Of a stretch of 64,000 bases of DNA, positions 58,819-64,000 are shown piece after piece. The stretch's first letter is position 1, and every line of letters starts with the position of its first letter. Source of the stretch: Methylosinus sporium (GTDB lineage: Bacteria; Pseudomonadota; Alphaproteobacteria; Rhizobiales; Beijerinckiaceae); the NCBI RefSeq assembly GCF_044758975.1, contig NZ_CP172862.1. One strand, 5' to 3'. A program made the translations under genes and the position numbers. Under the pieces are notes generated by a model. That model was not told the origin of the DNA and did not search any database. It saw only the letters and a list, made by a program, of their open reading frames with translations.

Positions 58819-60645
58819 ATGAGCGACCAGAAAATGATCGGCCATTACCGCATCGTCGAGCTGCTCGGCGCCGGGGCCATGGGCAAGGTGCATGTCGCCT
58901 TCGACACATTCATCGAGCGCGAGGTGGCGATCAAATCGCTGCGCCCCGAGCTGACGCAGGATCCTGAATTCGTCGGGCGCTTTAAGGCCGAGGCGCAGAG
59001 TCTCGCGCGCTTGAACCACCCCAATATCACCACGCTCTACTCGCTGCTGCCCGAAGGCCGCGACCTCTATATGGTGATGGAGCTGGTGCGCGGACGCGCG
59101 CTCGACGACGTTCTGCGCGAGCGCGGCGGGCCGATCGGCGTGAAGGAATGTCTCGCCATCATCTCGCAGGCCGCCGACGGCGTCGCCTATGCGCATCAGA
59201 TGGGCGTGATCCATCGCGACATAAAGCCGTCCAATCTGATGATCGGCAATGACGGCCGCGTGAAGATCATGGATTTCGGCATCGCCCGCGTGCAGGGCAG
59301 CGTGCGCATGACGCGCGCCGGCACGGCGATCGGCACGCCGCTCTATATGGCGCCGGAGCAGCGACGCGGCAGCGAGGGCGACGAGCGCAGCGATCTCTAT
59401 GCGCTCGCCGTCGTTCTCTATGAGATTCTCTCCGGCGCGGCGCCCTTCGCAGGGCTCGACGAGGTGGAGCTGCTGCAAGCGCAGATCGGCAGAGATCCGC
59501 CGCCGCTGGTGCCGCGCATTCCCGGCGTGACGCCGGAGCTGGAAGCCGCGATCATGAAGGCGCTCTCGAAACGGCCGGAGCAGCGCTATCCGTCGATCCG
59601 CGCCTTCAGCGACGCCATAGGCGCGACTGCGCTGCGCATCGACGCCACATCCATCGTGCAGAGCCCCGCGCATCTTCTCGACAAGGCGACGCAGACGAGC
59701 GCGAGCGCCGGCTCCGCCGCGTCTCTGCCATCCGTCGCTCTGGCGGTCGCCAAAAGCCGTTCGACATCGCTGGTCCGGCGCTTCAAATCGCTGCATCCGG
59801 CCGTGCAGGGCGTGTCGGTTGCTGTCGTCGCCTTTGCAGCCGTCGCGCCGCTGCTGTTCGGCGGCGACGGCGACAGCGTCAATAAGAAGCGCGAGCTCGA
59901 CAAGGCCGAACGCGAGCGGCGCGCGGCCGTCGAGCTCGAGAGCGAGCGTCGTCCGACGACGAAGACTTTGGATTATGGCCAGACCGGCGAGATCAAGCCG
60001 GCGCGAAGCGAGATCGACCGTCCGGCCGTTCTGACGAATGATGCGCCGCCGGCCAAGCCCAAATGCAATGAGGGCTTCAGCATCGCCGATTGCCAGCCTT
60101 CGACTGTCCCCGGCCAGAAGACCGCCGCCGTGGAAAAGGCGTCGCTTGCGGCGCCGGCGACGTTGGCCGACATGCGCAAGGCCCTCAAGGACAAGGACTA
60201 TCTCAAGGCTGTCAGTTTGGCGGAGGCGCTCGCTCAATCTAGCGACAAGACCGATCAGCGAGAGGCGCAATTTCAGCTCGGCTGGGCTGCGCTCAAAGGA
60301 ATGGGACGGCCGCAGAATCTCGATGCGGCGCTGAATTGGATGAAGCTCTCAGCGGCGCAGGGCTATCCCGAGGCGCAATTCGTGCTCGGCATAATGTATC
60401 AGAACGGCGATGGCACGGGCGGCCAGGAGAATCCGAGCGAAACCGTCCGCTGGTTCACCGAGGCCGCCAACCAGGGTCATCCCCGCGCGCAATTCCTGCT
60501 CGGCAAAATTTACGAGCGCGGCGTGCCGAATATTTTGAAGAGGGATTATCGAAGGGCGGGCGATTTCTATCGCCTCGCCAAGGAGCAGAGTTTTCCGGGC
60601 GCCGCCGAGGCGCTGGACAGCTTGCGTAAGGCCGGCCGCTACTGA
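58819..60645 (+). CDS. Hanks-type Ser/Thr protein kinase with a TM segment and periplasmic Sel1-like repeats
   Basis: GAGAMGKV glycine loop, VAIK, HRDIKPSNLMI catalytic loop, DFGIAR, APE. TM GVSVAVVAFAAVAPLLFGG. C-terminal Sel1/TPR-like repeats (AAQGYPEAQFVLGIMYQNGDG; ANQGHPRAQFLLGKIYERG). Confidence 0.85.
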   Translation: MSDQKMIGHYRIVELLGAGAMGKVHVAFDTFIEREVAIKSLRPELTQDPEFVGRFKAEAQSLARLNHPNITTLYSLLPEGRDLYMVMELVRGRALDDVLRERGGPIGVKECLAIISQAADGVAYAHQMGVIHRDIKPSNLMIGNDGRVKIMDFGIARVQGSVRMTRAGTAIGTPLYMAPEQRRGSEGDERSDLYALAVVLYEILSGAAPFAGLDEVELLQAQIGRDPPPLVPRIPGVTPELEAAIMKALSKRPEQRYPSIRAFSDAIGATALRIDATSIVQSPAHLLDKATQTSASAGSAASLPSVALAVAKSRSTSLVRRFKSLHPAVQGVSVAVVAFAAVAPLLFGGDGDSVNKKRELDKAERERRAAVELESERRPTTKTLDYGQTGEIKPARSEIDRPAVLTNDAPPAKPKCNEGFSIADCQPSTVPGQKTAAVEKASLAAPATLADMRKALKDKDYLKAVSLAEALAQSSDKTDQREAQFQLGWAALKGMGRPQNLDAALNWMKLSAAQGYPEAQFVLGIMYQNGDGTGGQENPSETVRWFTEAANQGHPRAQFLLGKIYERGVPNILKRDYRRAGDFYRLAKEQSFPGAAEALDSLRKAGRY

Positions 60646-60664
60646 GCCGCTGACCTGGGCTGGA

Positions 60665-61063
60665 TCAATAATCCAGCTTGCCGAGCCCCGTCGCGCTGCT
60701 AGCGGCGCTTCCGCCGTTTCCACTCTTGTCGCTGCCGCCGCTCGCATGGCCGCCGCCCTCATCTCGATGGCTGCGTCGCGATGCGTGTCGCGAGCCGCCG
60801 TCACTGCGATGGACGTGCTGGCGCGGCGGAGGCCGACGCGTGCGATAGGGATAGCCGCCGCCATTGCCGCCGCCACGCATCGCCCGACGCGCCAGCTCGG
60901 CCGCAATTCCGAAAAACTCGGCTTGAGCGCGAGCGGGCCCGGCATCGAGCGCGGCGATCGGCAAAGCGAAAAGCCCCAACAATAGAGCGCGTCGGGAGAG
61001 CTTCGGCGAAGCCGCAGTATCGGATGCGTCGCCGATTAAATCGCCCTTATGTTCGTCGATCAT
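60665..61063 (-). CDS. Tat-signal secreted Gly/His/Arg-rich low-complexity protein
   Basis: SRRALLLGLFALPIAALDAGPARAQA signal, then GGGNGGGYPY...HRDEGGGHASGGSDKSGNGGS, ending GLGKLDY. Confidence 0.45.
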   Translation of the reverse strand: MIDEHKGDLIGDASDTAASPKLSRRALLLGLFALPIAALDAGPARAQAEFFGIAAELARRAMRGGGNGGGYPYRTRRPPPRQHVHRSDGGSRHASRRSHRDEGGGHASGGSDKSGNGGSAASSATGLGKLDY

Positions 61064-61237
61064 CTTCGTCAGCCTGAAAAAGTCCCCGGCTGAACTATCG
61101 GGCGCGGTCTCGACATTGTCAAACGAGCATTCGCGCGAGGCGGCGCATCATCCAAAGACATATGGCGCGACGTTTTTTCGCCCATCGCGCCATACGGTCG
61201 TCAGCGGCTCGTCACGCGCCGCGCGGCGGGGAGAGCC

Positions 61238-61606
61238 TCACCAGCCCCAGCCGCCGCCCCAGCCGCCGAAGCTGGCGCCGACGAGGCCATAGCCGGCGCC
61301 GTAGCCGCCGTAGCCGGCATAGCCGTATGGGTAGGCATAGCCATAGGAGTAGGCGGGATAGGCGACCACCGGCGTCGCCACCACCTCGGGCTGCGACACA
61401 TAGACGGTCCGGCGCTCGACGATGCGGCGCACATAGCTCGTCCTGTGCTCGCAATTCGGCTGTTCCGATTTCGGCGGCTCATACTCGGTTTTCTCTTCGC
61501 AGATTTGCCGACAGCGCTTCTCCTTGGCGACGGCGGCGTCGACGCCGAGCATGCCGATGACGAGCGCCGCGGCGCCGACGATCGATAATCTGACGACTGT
61601 GCTCAT
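61238..61606 (-). CDS. Secreted Gly/Tyr/Trp-rich protein (122 aa)
   Basis: Signal peptide MSTVVRLSIVGAAALVIGMLGVDAAVA. Four Cys, then YPAYSYGYAYPYGYAGYGGYGAGYG...GGWGGGWGW C-terminus. Confidence 0.5.
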   Translation of the reverse strand: MSTVVRLSIVGAAALVIGMLGVDAAVAKEKRCRQICEEKTEYEPPKSEQPNCEHRTSYVRRIVERRTVYVSQPEVVATPVVAYPAYSYGYAYPYGYAGYGGYGAGYGLVGASFGGWGGGWGW

Positions 61607-61873
61607 GATGCGGTTCTCCTTCGTCTGCGCTTGGAACGAATATGCGCGAACGCGGTTGAACCTATGTCGCCGATCCGCAGCGGCGAGTGCGTTTCTTCGT
61701 TGCGACGCGTTTTGATGAAAATCAAATTCGTCGCGTTTTGTCTGAGATTTTCGTGATTGCGGTCGATTGACGCTGCGGCCCCGCGCGCGCTCGTCGCGCT
61801 GAGACGCGAAGCCTAATCTCTCATGCAAGCCTGGCGTCTCGAATTATCGCACAGGCGACTGGAGGAGTCGGCA

Positions 61874-62017
61874 ATGTCCACTTATGGAGCCAATGATCCG
61901 ATCGTTTTCGCTTTGCTCGCCGAAGCCGTTGTGATCGCCGTCGTCGCCGTGTCGATTGTCGGCTATCTGCTTTTCAAAGCGAGCGCGCGCGCCTTGAGCA
62001 AGCCGCACGCGCATTGA
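61874..62017 (+). CDS. Small single-TM protein (47 aa)
   Basis: GGAGG Shine-Dalgarno 8 nt upstream of the ATG. Hydrophobic helix IVFALLAEAVVIAVVAVSIVGYLLF. Confidence 0.4.
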   Translation: MSTYGANDPIVFALLAEAVVIAVVAVSIVGYLLFKASARALSKPHAH

Positions 62018-62075
62018 CGAGTCGAACGCGAGACGAGCCGACCCCGTCTTTCGACGGGATCGGCGCTGTCATGGA

Positions 62076-62759
62076 CTAGAAGTGATAATTGAGGCCGCCG
62101 CGGATCGTCGACGTATCGATATTCGTCTGCAGCGAATTGGCCGAGAAATCGAAATAGCGATCGCCGCCGATAGAGGTGAAGAGATATTCCGCCTTGGCCG
62201 AGAGATTGGGCGCGAGGCCGAATTCGATGCCCGCGCCGAGCGCCCAGCCGGCGGTGAATTTCGACTGCTGGCCGTAGAAGCCCTGGAAGGCGTTGTTCAC
62301 GCTCGCCGTCGTGTTGCTGCCGGCGAAGCCGCCGGTGACGAACAGCAGAGCGCGATCGATGGTGACGCCGGCGCGCGCGCGAATGGTGAGCGTGTTGTCG
62401 ACGGAGCCATTGCCGGAGACGCCGGCGAAAGGCGAGCGTCCGTCCTTCGAGCTGTTGAAGTCGAAGTCGCCTTCGACGCCGACGAGGAAGTTGGGCGCGA
62501 AGGTGAGATTATAGCCGGCCGTGCCGCCGACGACCCACCCATTGGGATTGCCGAGCAGATTGCTGCTGCCGTTCTGGAACGAGCCCAGCGCATAGCCGCC
62601 GTTGATGCCGATATAGAAGCCCTGCCAGGTGAAGGCGGGCGGCGGGCTGTAGTAGTCGGCCGCGGGGGCGGAGCGCCGCGGCAGATCGGCGGCGAGGGCG
62701 GAGGCGCCGGCGCAGAGCAGAGCGGGCGCCAGCAGCGCAGGAAGCAGCATAGGTCTCAT
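62076..62759 (-). CDS. Outer-membrane beta-barrel protein of the Omp25/Omp31/RopB family
   Basis: Signal peptide MRPMLLPALLAPALLCAGASALA, alternating amphipathic beta-strands, aromatic C-terminus GGLNYHF. Confidence 0.8.
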   Translation of the reverse strand: MRPMLLPALLAPALLCAGASALAADLPRRSAPAADYYSPPPAFTWQGFYIGINGGYALGSFQNGSSNLLGNPNGWVVGGTAGYNLTFAPNFLVGVEGDFDFNSSKDGRSPFAGVSGNGSVDNTLTIRARAGVTIDRALLFVTGGFAGSNTTASVNNAFQGFYGQQSKFTAGWALGAGIEFGLAPNLSAKAEYLFTSIGGDRYFDFSANSLQTNIDTSTIRGGLNYHF

Positions 62760-62869
62760 CGAACTCGACTCCACATTCGCGCGCCTTAAGGGCCTTCGGC
62801 TCGCGGTCACAAAACTCGGCGCAGGCGAGGGGCAAGGCCCAGCCAGAGCTCAGTCGAATTAAAATCGTT

Positions 62870-63070
62870 CACGTTAACGGAACCTTTCCGCGCCCGAGCC
62901 CGCGCTGCGGGCGAAGCAAAACCACGATGCGCTGGAATGTATTGATTGTGTCGAAACCATGTTATATTTAGCATTAACCGAGCCATTCTGGCCATTATCC
63001 ATTTTGAATTGGATCATCACGTCGCATAGAGGCGTTGAGATTGCCTAATAATCGGTAAATTCAGCCGCGG
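62870..63070. promoter_or_regulatory. AT-rich upstream/leader region of the Omp25/RopB-like porin gene
   Basis: Markedly AT-rich stretch (e.g. ATGTATTGATTGTGTCGAAACCATGTTATATTTAGCATTAACC) in a >65 % GC genome, upstream of the minus-strand porin gene. Confidence 0.35.
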
Positions 63071-63107
63071 TTACGTCTCAAGGGCGCATTGACCGCGCCG
63101 GCGCGGC

Positions 63108-63923
63108 GTGAGAATTGCCTTTCACGGCGGCATGATGGGGATTCGGGCGATGAGCGCTGGCGGCGCAGGCGGTTCGGGGCCGGTTCTGGTGACGGGCGCG
63201 GCGCGGCGCATCGGCTTGGCGATCGCCGCTCGGCTGGCGCATTGCGGGCACCCTGTGGTGCTGCACGCCTCGCATCGCTCCATAGAGGAGGCGGAGCTCG
63301 CCGCAGAGGCGATCCGCGCCAAGGGCGGACGCGCCGCTGTGGTCGGCGCCGATCTCTCCGACGCGCGCGAGACCGAGGCGCTGATGGGGCTCGCCGCGCG
63401 CGCTTTCGGTCCGGTGACGCTGCTCGTCAACAACGCCTCGGTGTTCGAGCTCGACGCTGCGCAGGATTTCTCGGTCGAGGTCTTCGATCGGCAATTCGCC
63501 GTCGATCTGCGCGCGCCGCTGCTGCTGGCGCGCGACATGGCCGCGCAATTGCCGCAGGAGGCGGAAGGCGCGATCGTCAATATCGTCGATCAGCGCGTGT
63601 TTCGCCTGACGCCGCGCTACTTCACCTATACGCTGGCGAAGTCCGCTCTTTGGACGGCGACGCGCACAATGGCGCAGGCTTTCGCGCCGCGCATTCGCGT
63701 CAACGCCGTGGGGCCGGGGCCGGTGTTTCCCAACGCCGTCCATGGTCAGAAGGGCTTCGAGACGGAAGCGCGCGGCGTGCCGTTGCGCCGGCCGGCGGAT
63801 GTGTCCGGCGTCGTCGACGCGGTGGTGTTCCTCGCCGAGGCGCGCAGCGTCACCGGGCAGATGATCGCCGTGGACGGCGGCCAGCATCTCGCCTGGGAGA
63901 CGCCGGACGTGCTGCCGGATTAG
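63108..63923 (+). CDS. Short-chain dehydrogenase/reductase, pteridine-reductase-like
   Basis: VLVTGAARRIGLAIA cofactor motif, YTLAK catalytic YxxxK, NAVGPG. The real start is probably an internal ATG (63132-63150). Confidence 0.75.
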   Translation: MRIAFHGGMMGIRAMSAGGAGGSGPVLVTGAARRIGLAIAARLAHCGHPVVLHASHRSIEEAELAAEAIRAKGGRAAVVGADLSDARETEALMGLAARAFGPVTLLVNNASVFELDAAQDFSVEVFDRQFAVDLRAPLLLARDMAAQLPQEAEGAIVNIVDQRVFRLTPRYFTYTLAKSALWTATRTMAQAFAPRIRVNAVGPGPVFPNAVHGQKGFETEARGVPLRRPADVSGVVDAVVFLAEARSVTGQMIAVDGGQHLAWETPDVLPD

Positions 63924-64000
63924 CGCGTCGCCGGGCAATCGACGTCGGCGGGCATGACAAATCCGCGCGGATAAGGGAAAAGGCGCGAATGCGTCCCTCG

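Noticed and set aside
55945-60270. 1441-aa ORF on the minus strand covering the FHA-protease, PP2C and kinase genes
   Set aside because: It is Arg/Ala/Leu/Asp-rich low-complexity sequence with no motifs. The plus-strand genes contain unambiguous FHA, trypsin, PP2C and kinase signatures. In genomes with very high GC3 the antisense frame is often free of stops, so this is a shadow ORF.

Overview
This 64-kb window is very GC-rich (coding third positions are almost all G/C, and long spurious antisense ORFs are frequent). Gene content and repeat types look like an alphaproteobacterium of the Rhizobiales/Hyphomicrobiales type. I see no rRNA, tRNA, CRISPR array, transposase or integrase.

The backbone is a conserved housekeeping block: pyrH-frr-uppS-cdsA-dxr-rseP-bamA-lpxD-fabZ-lpxA-lpxB, followed by gltX and gltA. 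Several accessory islands surround it:
(1) 1.5-10.3 kb, an unusual glycoconjugate or lipid-headgroup cluster. It holds a split transketolase (N and C subunits, translationally coupled), two NAD-dependent epimerase/dehydratases, a Wza-type export lipoprotein, two paralogous CDP-alcohol phosphatidyltransferases, and a small Cys-rich secreted protein coupled to a GT4 glycosyltransferase.
(2) 22.7-25.5 kb, a PAN/Apple-domain membrane protein, a beta-helix-like hypothetical protein and a G-rich hairpin (REP-like) cluster.
(3) 28.7-33 kb, nested palindromic REP-like elements, a 572-aa orphan hypothetical protein divergent from a flotillin (SPFH) gene, then a thioredoxin-CcdA pair and ComEC.
(4) 36.5-40.5 kb, a two-gene operon of uncharacterised proteins (one GSCFA-family), a DUF2865 protein, an orphan receiver domain and a DUF423 protein.
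(5) 40.7-48.8 kb, an exopolysaccharide locus: priming phosphoglycosyltransferase, a frameshifted GT1, a Wza-like lipoprotein, an ExoP/Wzc-like protein with a degenerate ATPase, a CelD-like GNAT and a polysaccharide deacetylase.
(6) 48.8-52.5 kb, an HdeD-like repeat membrane protein, then a MarR regulator whose palindromic operator/promoter region faces the divergent secreted-protein + PCuAC copper-chaperone pair.
(7) 56.1-60.6 kb, the most system-like finding. It is a tight three-gene operon: an FHA domain-transmembrane-trypsin-like protease fusion, a PP2C phosphatase, and a receptor Ser/Thr kinase with periplasmic Sel1 repeats. Two Gly/Tyr/Trp-rich secreted proteins lie immediately downstream on the opposite strand.

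Start positions I shifted to internal codons are inferences from the reading frame, signal peptides and stop/start overlaps.
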